64,000 nucleotides of DNA from the human T2T-CHM13v2.0 reference genome, Homo sapiens. The notes beneath the pieces are model-generated. The model worked only from the letters and a program-made list of their open reading frames with translations, was not told the DNA's origin and made no database searches. Positions 1 through 17,227 of this stretch are shown in pieces. The translations under genes were made by a program, and so were the position numbers. The stretch lies in assembly GCF_009914755.1 (NCBI RefSeq), contig NC_060934.1; one strand, 5' to 3'. Within the stretch, counting starts at the first letter, position 1. Each line of letters begins with the position of its first letter.

Positions 1-514
1 AAATCCTTTTTGTTCCCCATAATCCCTATTCCCTTGGAGCTTGATCATGCCAAATGCCCAGATGAAGGATGACAAAAGTATCTCAGGCCAGTGGGCACTC
101 CAGTTAGTCAAAAGGGTCTCAGATATAGAAAAGCAGGGAAACTCAGCTCACAGAGTCAGCTCACAGGCTGGGAGGAGCCCAAGGAGTGGAGTGCTGGGTC
201 TGCAGCCAGAGGTGAGCTCTGGGGAAGGAGCGATTTCTCTGTGTTGATGGCTCCCACTGGACCACTGCCTTTACAAGGTTAGAGTATCACCAGAGAACAG
301 TATTCAAAAACAAGAGAGGAGCAGACAGACAGACAAGAAAACAATGGGACATAAAGTCTTGGTGGGCCTAGAGCTTTGACACTCTCTCTTAGGGAGCAGA
401 ACAGACTGCTGGCTAGTGAGAGACAGATGCTCCTCTCCACTGCTGACCAGGGGTCTACGAGAATCACTGCTGAGCATAGAAACACATCCTTTGCCTTCTT
501 CTGTCATTTGTGCG

Positions 515-1186
<672 letters not shown>

Positions 1187-1689
1187 TGTGTGCATGTGTG
1201 TATACAAAAGAAAGAGTGCCCTTTTTTTCTTTGGAGGAAAAATAAGCTCCCTTTCTCTTTCCTCCATATCTCCTGTCAAAACCTATTTTTCTTGCTTATC
1301 CTGTGCTATAAAAGAATAAAGAAGGCTTTTGGGCACCGGGGAGTGGAAGAATTGTTACCAGTTTGGCCTTTATATAGGATCTAAGAGGCTGGGATGAGGT
1401 TTAAGAGAACTGGAAGGAACAACTATATCAGATGTGTATGTAACTAAATTATACACTGACATTCTAATCTGTGGCCCTGGAAAATCATGATCGAGTTTGG
1501 AGGAAACAGGCATGTTGGGGAAAGGGAGTGTTTTCCTGCCTCCTCCTGCTGGCTTCTGTCTGTACTTAAAGGGAGAATCATTGCTTTCACTGTTTTCCTT
1601 TCCCCTTGATGGTTCACTCCTCCCCAGGAGAGGAGGAGCATCTACCAAGGGTTGGTCACATCCTGTTCATGTGAAGGTTTACTGTGCTT

Positions 1690-1850
1690 TAAAAGGGCAC
1701 ATTTGAGTTGCCTGGGGATCTTGTTGGAATGCAGATTCTGACCCAGCAGGTCTGGGATGGCCCATGAGGTTCTGTAACTCTAACAGCCTCCCCCAACAGA
1801 CACCCATACTGGGGCAGGGCAGAGAGGACACATATTGAAAGTCAAGGGCT
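1690..1850. mobile_element. MER5-type hAT-Charlie fragment
   Basis: cctggggatcttgtt...atgcagattctga...gcaggtctggg motif. Confidence 0.6.
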
Positions 1851-3517
1851 TAAAGGCAGGAACCAAATGCCAGCTTGCCTCTTTCAACTCCTAGAAGGTC
1901 AGCTTACTGTCTTCTCACATCCTTTCTCGCCTGTGCTACCCGGGCAGGCCGCACAGGATGCGGGCTCTACCTCTTCAGGATGCAGCTGGGAGTAAGCTCA
2001 GAGCCTCTCCTAGGCCTTCACATGTTGTGCTGTCCTGCGGGCACAGCTGAGCAGGTGGATACCAAGATTTAGATTTGGGTGTGGCAGGGAGGACGGTGGC
2101 ATGGAGAGGTCAAAATTAGGCTTCAGGCTGTATCAGGGTGATGTCAGAAGGACAGAAGCCATTTCACATGCACCACCAAAGGGGAAGGTTCTCTTAAGCT
2201 TGACCAGAAGCTGCTGTGAATCTCAAGATCCTCAGAGAAGCCCCAGCCCCTCTCTCAGTCTGTAGCAGTGAAGACACTGGCTCCCAGAAAGCTCATCTGA
2301 TAGAAGATTTGAACCTGGGTCTGCCAGGGTCTGGCTGCAGTTGCCTCCAAAGAATCAAAGCCTATCTTTCTCCTCCACTTTCCAAATCTCACCCCAGTGC
2401 CCATCTCCCACCAGCTGACTCTAGCCCAGAGCCATGCAGGGAAGAGGATTCCAGGAACTATTGTTCCTGGCTTTTCTGCAATGCTAAGCAAATGTTAGAA
2501 GGCAGTGGTGGTGATGTCAAGTTGACAAAAAATAATGTAGCTCACAGGTCCAGGATGCATGATTCAGCTGAGCTTCTAGAAAGCCTGGCATGATGGGGAG
2601 GAGGTCAGACACTTGCCAAGCTATCAATAAGGTGATGCTTCATATCCCAGTAGCCATAGCTCTCATGGGCTGTGCTCCTACACCCTTCCATCCTGGACTG
2701 ATGGGATTCTGGTCCCCATCAGGCAGCCAATGCCACCCTCTGGCAGCTCGTCTGTAACAACTATCCTCCAATTCATGGCTAGCCTACACGGAGGTGTCAC
2801 TCAATGGAAAATGCTTTGCATCCTATCCTGCCAGATCCTGATTACAGAGGTCATTTTTTATGAAGGTTTTGCTGTGTTGCCTTTCTGAGACCCCTAGACA
2901 TCTTTACTTGTAACCACCTGCCCAGGGTCCCAAAGCAAATGACAGGAAAGACTAGGGGCAGAGTAGGAAGGCAGACGTGTGTCACTTAAGGCTGCTTTGC
3001 CTCCTATAGGAAAATGTGTGGTCTGACAAGTGTCACCATTTGCTAAATGACTTTTAGTGTCCATAGAGTTGCCACTCTCCAGAGATTACCATCCCTTGGT
3101 CAGCAGAGTCCTAGAGGCGGCTCTAACAATAGCAAAGCTTCATTCCCATCCCAGCTCAATGGCAAAAACATATACTGGAAGGAAACGGTCAGAATTGTGC
3201 AGCCAGCTTCTTTTCAGTGCTCTGACATTTAGCTGATGACACTGGTCATGAAGCCACTCCTTGGGAAAGCTGAGGGGGTGGCTATTTAAAGGCTTGTTTA
3301 TCCTCTGGAAAGGCAACCTAGTCTGTGTGTGGGTGACCAGGTCTCAAGCCTGCATTCTGGAATGGAAAGAAGAGGCAGCAGATGCCCCTTTGAAAGCCAT
3401 CATGGTGACCGCAGGTTTCACTGCCAGGCAGGCTGATGTGAGCCTCTTTGAATTACTGAGTGAAGGATATCCCTCTTGCCAGCCCCTGTCCCCTGCAGGC
3501 ACAGCAAAGAAGTATTA

Positions 3518-3859
<342 letters not shown>

Positions 3860-5810
3860 TTAACAAGTATCTTTTTTATGCCTTGACATTAAGCTGGCCT
3901 AACTACATTCAAGGGAATAGGAGCTGTGTGCTAATCTAAAGGGTAGTCGGTGCTGATGGCAGCATTTTAAGCTTGTTCTCAATACTCAATCAAGCTATTA
4001 CTAACAAACGCGGGAGAGGAATAATGCCAGGGTTCTACATCTTCTTCCTGCCTGGAAATTGTCTTGATTTAAGTAACTGTCCTGTGGCAACCTCTGGCTT
4101 TCAGAATGTAACAAGGGGGTGGGTTTCAAATGCCTGTTTATTTAATAGCGGGTCACTTCTGTCTCAGGCAAAAGACAGCAGTTCCAATGCAGCCAAGGAG
4201 AAATGGCCAGTGAGCACAGAGTGATGAGGTGGGCCTGGATGTGCGGCTCAATTTGGAGGCTATGGATGGAGTGGAATTAATGTGTGCAATGCAAAAGAGA
4301 TATGGAAAGGAGTTAAGCTTCAGATCATATAATTTTATTGCATATTTTCAGCAAGAAAAAAATACACAGGGAAATGACCTAATTGTCCAACAACATAGGA
4401 ATGGAGAAATATACTTTTGGACATGCACACAGTGAAAATGTATGCAGGAGGTAAAGAGGCAGAGCTGGCTCTCCATGCAGGCATTGGTTTAGAAGCCTAA
4501 GATAGAGGGGGAAGTGAAAAAAAAAGTTCTACAGCAGTTAAAAAAAAGTATAGTTTCATTTATGTAAAAAAAAACCCCACAAAATAAAATTACATATATA
4601 TAAATGTATGTAAATTTGGAAGGAAAGCACAGGAAAAATAGCCATTACACTAATAATGGTAATTCCCTCTGGGAAGGGAAATAGGATTCGTGGGGGTGAG
4701 GGGAAAGTTTGCTTTTCACTTTATATACTTCTATATTGCTTGAATATTTTATAACAAGAACATATTTGTATATTACAGGTACATTTAAAAAATAAATAAG
4801 CCAGTAAACAGATTTTTTAACATAAAAAATAACAACAAAAGACAGTGGAAAAATCCCAGATCCAGGAAGTAACAACAGAGTCCGGGAATGCAAGCATAGG
4901 GAAAATAGAAGGGTTAGGTTAGGACAGGGCCATGGCCTCCACATGCTCTGTGTCTTCAGGTGAAGCCACAGCAAAATCATCAGGCCACCCCATGCCATAG
5001 CTCCCCAGTGGCCACGCGGCATCATTTTGGGGCTCCTGTCTGGCCACCAGCTTCATTGGTCCTCTAGCTTGAATCTAGCTTCCTCTTTGCCTGTGTGGTG
5101 ACCTGAGTTACCTTCAACTCACTGATTGTGTAGACCAAGGGTTTGCCAACTGTCACATATCTGGGAATGTCCTCCTCTAATCTCCCTTTCTGGAGAACTG
5201 GCTTTGGAAAGAGACTTGGCTGCAGAGATGGAGCCTATCTACCCTCTTTTATGAGTCACTGGTAGTCATGATTCTATTCTCAGGCCCTAAAATATTGTGC
5301 AACTATGGAGGAAGGGGCATTTAGCACTGTGGTTGCTGCTGAGACACAACTAGTTCCAAGCTCTGGAGCAGCGTCTTTTTGAGAGAAGGAGAATGCCCTC
5401 TTCTCCTGTGATCTCTTGGTACAAAACAAGTCCAACCAACTTCCTGAATCATTTTGCCAGTGCATAAGCTTCAATTGCCTGCATCCATATTCTTTTAATT
5501 TTCATCTTGTAGGGAAGCCAGCCGTAATTGTGATATAAGATGATCCCTGTGCAGTTGTACACACGTGATTTCAAACTACAAGAAATACAAATGACATACA
5601 TAGAAATCGCTTATGTTTCTCTGGGCTGGCCCTATAGGCAGGGTACTGTTTAACCAATAAACTCTGTGAAGACATAGGTGAAGGCCCATTTTGTGAAAAT
5701 CTATTGTGCTTGAGTATGTTAAATTTTGGAGGGTTTGAAATGACCTGCAAAGATGACAGCTCATTCATATACATGAAGAAAGATGAGTGAACGTGTACAA
5801 GGGCACACAG

Positions 5811-6264
<454 letters not shown>

Positions 6265-6726
6265 TTACAAAGACACTTTCAGAGGTCAGGGGACTATGTG
6301 GAGGAGCACATGACAGAAAGATAACCATGGAATCATATAATCAAATCGACCATATTTCTGGAATGAGCAAAGCATATATATGCTTATGCTCTCCTCTGTG
6401 TATGACTGTTTGTCTATAGGTGACTATTTTCAACTGCCTGTGCTCACTAAGGCAGTGGGTTTTTGGCCCAGCATCCAAAAGATAACTGTCCGATCTTTTT
6501 CTCACTCCTTTAAATATTTATTGAGTCCCTATTGTGTCAGGCATTATGTAAAGGCACATGGTGGCATCTAATGAGTAACATGTACTGCTTGTGGATAGAT
6601 TCTTATGTGTTCTTTAATGAATTATATTACTTGGCTCTTTTTCCCCCCATTTCTGAGGTTTTGGAAGCTGATAACAGAAATAATACATTTTAGCTTTGTA
6701 AGTGGGGGAAAACCCAGACTTCTTAA

Positions 6727-7062
<336 letters not shown>

Positions 7063-7877
7063 CCTGTTTCTCAGTTTCAGGGATGTGAACTTACAAGAAA
7101 AATATTTGGAGGATAAGTGAGATTTGCATGAATTTGTGATGTGGAGAATTACATCAAATGTTGAAATGCATAATTCTCTACAATGTTTTGAGAGTTTGTG
7201 GACTATGCATTCATTATGATTAGGAAGTAGTTAATTACATGACTCCTAAATCCCATATCCTCACACTAAATTGTGGAGTCCCAGACTGTTTTTTCAGACT
7301 GAAGTCCTAATGTTTTGCAGTCAAGAATATCATGCACACATGCACACACGGACACACACACAAACACAACCATGAACACGTTGCTGGACTTCTAAATGAA
7401 CAGGGGTTGGGGCTGAGCTGCAGAAGGAGTTGGCCTTCTGTACAGCAGAAATAAAGAACTCTGTTATTTGCATTTATTTAGTTAAAAACAGAAGGTGGCA
7501 CAGATCAATGTTTCTTCAAGCATTAAAAATGCCATAAGTATAATGCTATAAATAGTTCTGTAAGCAAATCCTTACTATAAACATCATAATATAACAATGC
7601 TCTAGGTTTTGTATAGGCAGGAGTGAGAGTGTTTAGACGCTGATATGGTTAATATACTTGATACAAGCTAAACTTCATCCCTGATGAGGGACTGAACTTG
7701 GCTGCAAATTCCTTTTAATAAGGTCTCCCAGGGTTTGGATTTTCCTTGACAGAGCATAGGGGAAGTGCTGAGTCCTCAGGCCCATACCCAGATGAAGAAG
7801 CACAGGCATGATCAAAGCTACAACTATTATATCCATCCGGGATTTTCTTTTGTGAATGAAAAGAAGAAAAGGCATCA

Positions 7878-8123
<246 letters not shown>

Positions 8124-8661
8124 CTACAACAGGGAGAAGTGGGTAAGAGTCAGAGAGAAGACTGCATAGGGCTGTTGTAAGGAGTGAAATAAATCATTTG
8201 TGCAAAGAATCAAGCAAATATTTGCTGAGAGCTTACTATGTGCTATTATTTTTATTTCATCAATGTTATATACATGCCATATAGAGCTATAATTTGAGCA
8301 CGTGTATATGTATTATATTTTTGTAATAAATCTGTCCAAATGTATAGCCATACACATTGCTACCTTCTTTGACAAAAGATTTAAGAAAGGTATGCCATAA
8401 ATATGTGTGAGCAGACCTTCATAATAATTTTCAGGAGGTAAAATAAAAAGGAAAAGGAATATTTATGCTATTTGGAAAGAGAAGTCTTAGTTTCCATGAA
8501 ATTGTTGATTAAATGAGCTGCCTTTTCTGGCTTGCTTGCTGAGATGATGATAAAATGGTCAGATGCCTGCACTGGGCTCAGTGGGAGAAATTTGACTTTA
8601 GAATTCTAGACTTATCAGTGAGATGTCCGTGCATCAGCAGGTGGAACATGCTACCTAAAGC

Positions 8662-8987
8662 CAGGAGTGGAAAACTACGACCCACAGGCCAAATCTGGCC
8701 CACTACATTCTTTTGTATGTTCAGTGAGCTAAAAATTGTTTTTGTGCTTCAAAATGGTTGAAAAAAAATCAAAAGAAGACAATGTCATAATCTGTGAAAA
8801 TTACATAAAGTTCAAATTCCCATAAAGTTGTATTGGAATGCAGCCATGCTCATACGTTTAGGTATTGCCTATGGGTGCTTTTATGCTACAACAGCAGAGC
8901 TAATCAGTAGCAACAGAGATCTTATACCCTGAAAAACCTAAATTTTTCATTATATGACTTATTACAGAAAAAGTTTGCTGACCCCTG
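8662..8987. mobile_element. MER58B-like hAT-Charlie MITE
   Basis: Ends caggagtggaaaact...aaagtttgctgacccctg; internal ggccaaatctggccc. Confidence 0.75.
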
Positions 8988-10369
8988 TCCAATGCTGCCT
9001 TGGACTTTCCAGGGACATTTCTGGAGGGGCCTGTTTTGCTTAAATCATTCAGAGAAAAGATCTCCCCAAATAATCATTACAAGGGGCTAGAGAGAGATTA
9101 GTAAGAGCAACAGGCCAGTGTCTTCCTCCAACTCCAAACCTCTATCTACAAAGGAGACAAATGAAAGAACACAGTCACTCTATTAGAGGAGAACCCCAAC
9201 TTCCCAGGAAATACAAATGTTTAGTCACTGCTGGCCCTTTGATTCACTGAGCTAGTGAAGCCAGGAGGCCAGCCGTGGACCTTTCTCTGCCTCTCCTTCT
9301 GGTTCAATGCCTCCCATTCCTGTCCACCCACTGCATGCCTGGATGGCCCCATGTGGCTTACAATGCTTTGGGGGAGGCATATTAATGTCCACTGTACATA
9401 TCAAACTCTGCTTGATTTAATCTCTAGAATTGACCACTGCATTGATTGTATAAATGCCAATGTTGCAATTCACAACAATGTCAGGGTTATTACAGTAACC
9501 CCCAAGGAGAGGAAGAAACTAGCTTTCACTCTCTGATCATTAGAATAAAGCAGGGGCTGTCACCATTATTGGTTTCCCTCTGCAATAGTCCAGGGAAACC
9601 GGAGACATAAGCTGTAAGAAATGCCTTAGAAACTGTGACCAAGGAAGACCCACTGGGGAGCTCACATCACATATCCCCACTTCCTGCAGAAGACCTGGAG
9701 TTAGTTATCTGGGCCGCACGGAAGTGCAAGTGCCTGGGTGCCACCAGGAGACAGCCAACCAGTCTATAAAGCACTGTTATGTGATGGGGCTCCTAATTAT
9801 TTGTAATTGGCCAGGTCACCTGGGAGGCTAGCTCCCTTCAACAAGCCAGAGGAATATAAACTGGGCCCAGGGTGGAAGTGAATTCTAGAATAGGGAGGTG
9901 GGGAAGGCACAGTTAGTTGAGTGGCCGAGGCACAGATGCTGACCCCAGGAACTTCGATCTGGGATCAAAACACCCATCCTCAGACTGGCCACAGCTACAT
10001 CACCCAGAGAACCTTATGAATATCCTAATTCTAGAGCCTCAGCCCCGGTGTGTCTGATTTTGCCGGGTTTAAAGCACACTAGAGAGAGAAACTGATCATT
10101 TCTCTATGTATCTGGAATTCCCATGCATCCTTCCAGGCCCAACCCAAGCACAACCTATGTGTGTATGACGGGACTTGCCTGGTCACTTAAACACACCCTA
10201 GTCCTTCTCCCCTACATTTCAATAGCATTTTGCACCTCTTACCACTTAGCTTTAAATACACTGTTTCATGGGTTACATTTTATATCTTCTCTCTAATTAA
10301 TCCAGGAAATTACAATTGGGACTATCTCTTATATCTTCAAATCCCCAAAGTAGTTAGTTTCCCGTGCCC

Positions 10370-10760
10370 AGTGGGTACACAACCTCAAAGCATCCTCATG
10401 TAGCTGGCCCTACCTGTCATTCTTATCTCTAGCCGTGTTACTTTAGAGAGGGCTTCTTGGATCATACTTTCCAGACAGCACCTCCCAGTCTCTTTCTAGC
10501 CTACAATGCTGCTTTACTTTTTTCAAAGCATCCTATAAATATCTGAAATGTTATTAAGTACTCATTTGTCTACCTAGAGATAACTCCTCTTCCCCCAGCC
10601 CCACCCTGCTAGAACACAAAGAGATAACTCCTCTTCCCCCAGCCCCACCCTGCTAGAACACAAGCTCTGTGAGAGCAGTCGTTGTCAGGGATTGCATCTC
10701 CAGTAACTAGAATGGTGTGTGGCACATAGTAGGCCTCCTGGAGATGTTTTGTTAAATGAT
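10370..10760 (+). mobile_element. L2 3' end fragment
   Basis: ctagaatggtgtgtggcacatagtagg...ttttgttaaatga resembles the L2 terminus; boundaries approximate. Confidence 0.6.
10576..10663. repeat. Perfect 44-bp tandem duplication
   Basis: agagataactcctcttcccccagccccaccctgctagaacacaa at 10576-10619 and 10620-10663. Confidence 0.95.
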
Positions 10761-10995
10761 GTTATTTTTCATAGGATAGAAGTAGTAACTCACCTCCTTA
10801 AACTTTTTTATGCTGGCAGGAGATGTTGATTGAATATCAGTTGGCATGCATACTACACCAATATCCAGGCAAGTCATTAAAACCCTAGGTCCCAGATACG
10901 GCATCCAGCCTGTGACCTGCCACAAGTGGTAACATCAGGCTAAATTTAGGCCACCAGGGCAAAAGTGCCATGAATACATCAGAATGTACATATAT

Positions 10996-11294
10996 GGCTG
11001 GGTGCAGTGACTCACGCCTGTAATCCCAGCACTTTGGGAGGCCAAGGTTGGCGGATCATGAGCTCAAGAAATCGAGACCATCCTGGCCAATATGGTGAAA
11101 CCCTGTCTCTACTAAAAATACAAAAAAATAACTGGGTATGGTGGCGCGAACCTATAGTCCCAGCTACTCGGGAGGCTGAGGCAGGAGAATCGCTTGAATC
11201 TGGGAGGCAGATGTTTCAGTGAGCTGATAGGGCTCTGCACTCCAGCCTGGCGACAGAGCGAGACTCTGTCTCAAAAAAACAAAACAAAACAAAA
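10996..11294 (+). mobile_element. Alu (AluSc-like), antisense to KCNMA1
   Basis: Dimer with diagnostic tcaaga.atcgagacc and cctggcgacag; TSD agaatgtacata. Confidence 0.95.
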
Positions 11295-12089
11295 AGAATG
11301 TACATACGTGAAGCAGCTTTGCGAGTAGAACAATTTGCACTCCTGGTCAGTTGGACAACAGCTGTTTGCTAAGAATTCTGACTTTCTGTGCTCTTGCCTG
11401 CAACTTTCCCACCTCTGAGACAGCCTCCAGCTTGATACTGTATTGGCTGTTAATGCTCATTTATAATTAAGCTGAGAACACACATACACATAGATAAAGC
11501 ATAGGGGAAAGTCCAGTGTGTTAGCATACAAAGCCATTCCGAGGACCCAGAACAGTCCTTGTTTAGGAAGGGTGGTCCTGACATCAGAAATGATAGGATT
11601 TTCCTGGCTGACAAAAAGGAACAGACCCATACCAATCTGGGGATTAGAGGCCCAAGGGAGAAAGAACCCTTCCATCTGACTTTCCTGATTATTAATCCAT
11701 TTCTCATGGATTAGCAAGACAATAAACTGTAGGAAAGCCAGTGTAGGCATTAAGACCCAAAGCTGTTAATAGAACAAGGGCAGAGAGTAGAATGGATTGT
11801 TACCTATGCTGACATTCCTGGGAGAGACTGGGTGAGCCCACTGCTGCTATGAAGATGTTCACAAGCCTTCCACGAAATAGGGCTCTGAGCCCCAGCCTCC
11901 CCAAGGGGACTGTAGTTCATTATTGTCATCATTATGTCATGCATCATCATGCATTTCCCTGTCTACAACATGCACTAAGAAAGCTCACAGATGCACAAGG
12001 CTATTATCTATAAGAATACAAAACATTGCTATAAACCAATAACAATACAGGCAGCATTCAGCTTTCCTCACAGCATTTAATAATAGTAA

Positions 12090-12270
12090 GAATAAGAGGT
12101 AACTTTACTGAGTCATCTGTTGGATTTTAATCTTCACTACAGCCCTATGAGTTAGGGTCATTCTCATCTCATCTTTTTACAGATAAGAAAACCGAAGTGC
12201 AAAAAGTCAAATGAATTACCCAAGCCATGCAGCTAATAATTGGTACAGGCAGGCTCTGACACCAGCGCCA
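12090..12270 (-). mobile_element. MIR fragment
   Basis: MIR core ttttacagataagaaaaccgaag; boundaries approximate. Confidence 0.6.
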
Positions 12271-12536
12271 TGGCCACAGGAATTATGTTCATACCACCTC
12301 CCACCATGGCTTTCCCACAGCAAGTGCTCACCTACTCTTATGAGGAGCCAATATATTCAGAGATTGAAAAATCTGAATATTGCTTATGTTCTGATCAGAG
12401 GTCTAGCTGCTTCAATCTATGCTCAGAATTTCACTCATCAAAAATAATTAGGACCAGGGACAGTATTATCCCACTGTCCAACTAGGGAAACCCCATTCCT
12501 AGCAAATGTGGTTTGGGGCAGAAGCGGGCAACATCA

Positions 12537-12758
<222 letters not shown>

Positions 12759-13025
12759 TCAGAGGATGTGAAAGATGCAGAGGAAGTGGTTGTCACTGAA
12801 GGCCATTCTTCTGCTTACAGAATCCATCCTTTGAGAGACAACTGCCCCAAACCACCACCCCACTTCTGGAAGTGCAGGTGACCTTTGTCAGGGAGCATTT
12901 CTGCCTTTCCCCCGCTCCTCTTTTCCTAAATGGTCTTCCTAACATTTTGTGGATTCAGCCTCCCTTTTTAAGGCTACCTCACTCCTCTTCCTCTCATTTT
13001 ACCAGCTATTCGATCTCCCCAGCGT

Positions 13026-13062
13026 GCACACACACACACACACACACACATACACACACACA
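13026..13062. repeat. (CA)n microsatellite, read as (UG)n in the pre-mRNA
   Basis: Direct observation. Confidence 0.95.
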
Positions 13063-13944
13063 GACAGACACACCAAAGGGTTGCTATGAGCCTCGGCAAT
13101 GAAGAGGAAGGAATAGGAATAGAGCCTCATGCTGACTGACTGGCATGAGGATGGAAAGCCAATTACTCGCTCCTTCTGACTACAACTTCTGACGTGATGC
13201 TCTTCGCAGTAAAAGCTTTAACAGGCTGCACTTTAAATATTTTAGCAATTTGCCCAATCAGATTTTGCTCTCCCTGGCTGAAGCCTTTAAAGATTCAGCA
13301 GCATGTCACTTCAGAGCAGACTGACTACCAAATGCCCACATCTGGAATACATGATTTCAATACTAAACAACACCCTCTCTCCTTGCCTTGACAACTGTAT
13401 ATGCACTAACCATCCAATGATGCTCCCCACCACCTTCACCTCCCAACTGCTGCATATCTTAGATGAGAGCCTCAAGCTCAGATGCATCTTAATAAACTTG
13501 TTTCAAATTCTCAGGGCAACATTCGCCCTCTATTGCCTTGTCTATTGGTGGAAAAGGAAGATGCTTCCATAAAGGCCTCCCGTCTAGTGGGTTGGCAGAG
13601 CCTCACTGACAACCTTAAGAACTGCAATGGAATCAGGCAGTTCTAACAAGCTTATAGCACAATAAATAAGCTCCTGCACCTTGAATCATAGTCAATGTCC
13701 ATGCTTTTATCTCTGATAGTGATTCAGCACCTCGGGTTTGGGAAGTCATTGTTCCTTCCTGCAAAACTGGCCATATAATTAGGACATTGTCCCAGCTATA
13801 CTTAACCACTCTTGAAATGGAGCTATCTTTTCTGAGTAATATTGTCAACACAAGACAGAAAATATACATCGGGTCACATTCCATAAATTGTAAAGTGATT
13901 TTACCTTTTGAAATTCTATATTTCAACATCAGAGGGTGACTTTT

Positions 13945-13987
13945 TTCTTTTTTCTTTTTTTTTTTTTTTAGACAGAGTCTCGCTCTG
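13945..13987 (-). mobile_element. Extremely 5'-truncated Alu
   Basis: T-tail plus agacagagtctcgctctg, flanked by TSD cagagg(g/c)tgactttt at 13930-13944 and 13988-14002. Confidence 0.8.
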
Positions 13988-15597
13988 CAGAGGCTGACTT
14001 TTATTTACTTTTTACTATTTGTCCTTCTGAAATGTCTCCGATACTTCCCACTTATATGTCAAGAGTACAGAGTGGGACAGCAATCTCTTCCATGGCCCAA
14101 AAACCTAGGATTAAGCTTTTGAATAACTACCACGACCCTCCAATATGCTCCCCACTCCCACATAAGGTGAGAAAACTTTCTCACTGCCTTTATTTATGCC
14201 TGAGAATTTGCTTTTAGACTACACCAAATGACAAATACTATGTGAAGCCAACTTGCAAAGTTATCTTCAACGAACATGCTAGACTACTATAGGAATATCT
14301 GTCATATCTGATCTTAAAAGAAGAACAATCCCACTCCGAGTAGCATCTCAGTGTCTGGATTGTTGAGAGGTCTTGAGGTATGTAAACCACCAGGCCATCT
14401 TCCAAATACTGAACTTAGTCAAAGATGTTAAGATAAAAAGGCTGATAAGAACTATTTACAGATCAGGGTGAGAGCACATTTTGAGGGATGTTTTTGTCCT
14501 TGAAGAGTCTTTAACAGTTGCATAGATATCTATTAATATTATCTGGAATAGGTAGGTAGACAAAAGCCATCATGGAGAAGAGGTTTGAGAAAATGAACAA
14601 AATTAACTCTTTCCAGCCCATGAAGAACATATTTCAGTTGCAAGAGGATATTAGCAGACTTGCCCTGAAGATATAGAGCCAGGTTCAAATTCTCTTGCCC
14701 TGTTTACTGGTTGGAGAGAAAGTATTACCTCAGGATGACCTGAGACCTGCCCCTAGTGCATTTAGGATTTAAAAGATACTCAGAACTATGTTCCCATAAT
14801 ATCAGCAAGCAAGCAAATGAAACAGCAAGCTGACAAAAAACACTTTTAGAAAATGTGTGCCTTGGGGAAGAGGAGATACATTTTGGTTTGGTATACTTGA
14901 TTCTTTCTGGGAAGGAGTCAGACGTTGTTAACAGTGGCCTACAACTTTCATCCAGAAAAGCAAATAAGCAAGCCTGATGATCGATCGCCCTTCAATAAAA
15001 AGAAAAAAGACAGCTAATGTCAAGCTTCATTAACTGGGGTAGTGGTTTCCAGAAACCAGGCATAATTTCACACTGGAGCTCAAGCCATGGTTTGCAATGG
15101 AACATCCAGAGGCATCCAGGAAGTCTTAGAGGTATGCCACACTACACTCTACTCCCCACACATCTCTCATCCTGGCCTGGACCATTTAAATATAAACAAT
15201 CCAGGATTTCCCCCAAGAGACTGACCTGAGGAACATCAAAAACCTCCCGGAACAAAGACATTACCCTCTCTGACCAGCATGGTACCTGGAATTCTAACTT
15301 TGGTTTATTGAATCAGTAAAGCAACCAATTGAATCAGTAAAGCAATCAATAAGAATCCCCTATTCTGAGCATGGAATGGAGGCTACAGTAATGATTAAGA
15401 TAAAGTCCCTAGTCAAAGAGAGGTCCACAAGATAGCAGGAAAAAAATATATATACACCAATAGTTCAATAGTTACAGTACCTTGTGGCAAGTGTTACAGC
15501 AAAGTACAAGGTGATACAAGAATACCAAGAAAAAAGCTGTTCATATCCTGGTATTTGGGTAGCATTAAGGAAGGTTTTGCAAAGAAAGTAGCATTTG

Positions 15598-16036
<439 letters not shown>

Positions 16037-17227
16037 CTAAAACCATGGCTGAAGATGCCCCATACCATACCACCTAACCTAAGGTACAGAAGACTCAGAC
16101 CAGGCCTTCCAGCTGTCTCCAGATGTGCAATGACAGTCAAGTTGAAGATGGATTAAACTGATTGAGTATGACTGATTGACAGCAGACTAAGAATGATCCA
16201 TGAGATTAAGAGAGAACAAAAATCATGGTTCCAAAACAGGAAGATTGTTATAAAAATTGAAAGTAATTCAAAAATGAAATGAGTTGTTGCCCAAGACAGT
16301 GGGTTTTCTATCATTGAGCCATTCCACAAGAGCAAGGGATACAGTGAGCATATGCATATAAAGGTTGGGCGAGCCTAGAAGATCCTGAAGGTTTGAAGCA
16401 CTGTGCTGTCACTGGAGAAAGACACAGCTAGAAGAATTTTGAAAGTACTGGACCATTGTTGGATATCAGAAGGCTGGAGAGCCCTGAGTAGGTAAAGAAA
16501 GGTTGCTAGAGTGAAGATGAGAGGTAAGCAGCGTGGGAGAGGGATTAATTTATGGCTCCAGTAAGGGCCAGCACTGTTACACACTCACTGGATTTCACAG
16601 TCTGGGAGTAAGCTGGGAACACAATTCGTTCCAGCAACAATAGAGTCTGTAACTGTTTCTGGCCAGACAGTATAAATTTCTTTACTATGGCTGTTGCTGT
16701 AGTAATTTCAAGTGCCTTAGGCTGGCCTGTGCTGCAGAGAGATCTCTGGAACAGGTGGAGAGTGTACAGTCAGTTGTCCACAGGGACTAAATCAAAGTTT
16801 CTAAAGCTTCTATTGCTAGAAGAAAGTCCAAGCATTTGCCATTGAGCACACCAATCAACACTGCTGTGATCCAGGGAGACCCAGAGGAATTGGGCCGTTT
16901 GTTGTATGGAAAGGAGGATCATGAGAAATCTCCCTGAACAAGGGATCCCAACATCTTCAGTTTGCAAGGTGATAGAGACCCACTTCCAAAGCCTCTCCCA
17001 CAACTCCTCAAAGACCAGTTAGTTGAAATCAAGGACCAGGATTAGATATTGTCTTTCACATCATAATGACATTACCTAAGTCTTCCACTCACAAAGTAAT
17101 TTTCAATTTCCCTAAAAGGCACCATAATTAATTCAAGGCTCACTTGTCACTTGCGACTTAGCCAATGTACATGCCCTATTTTAGGGTAATAGAAACTCTA
17201 TGATGTGAGATATATCTGCTGTTTCAT

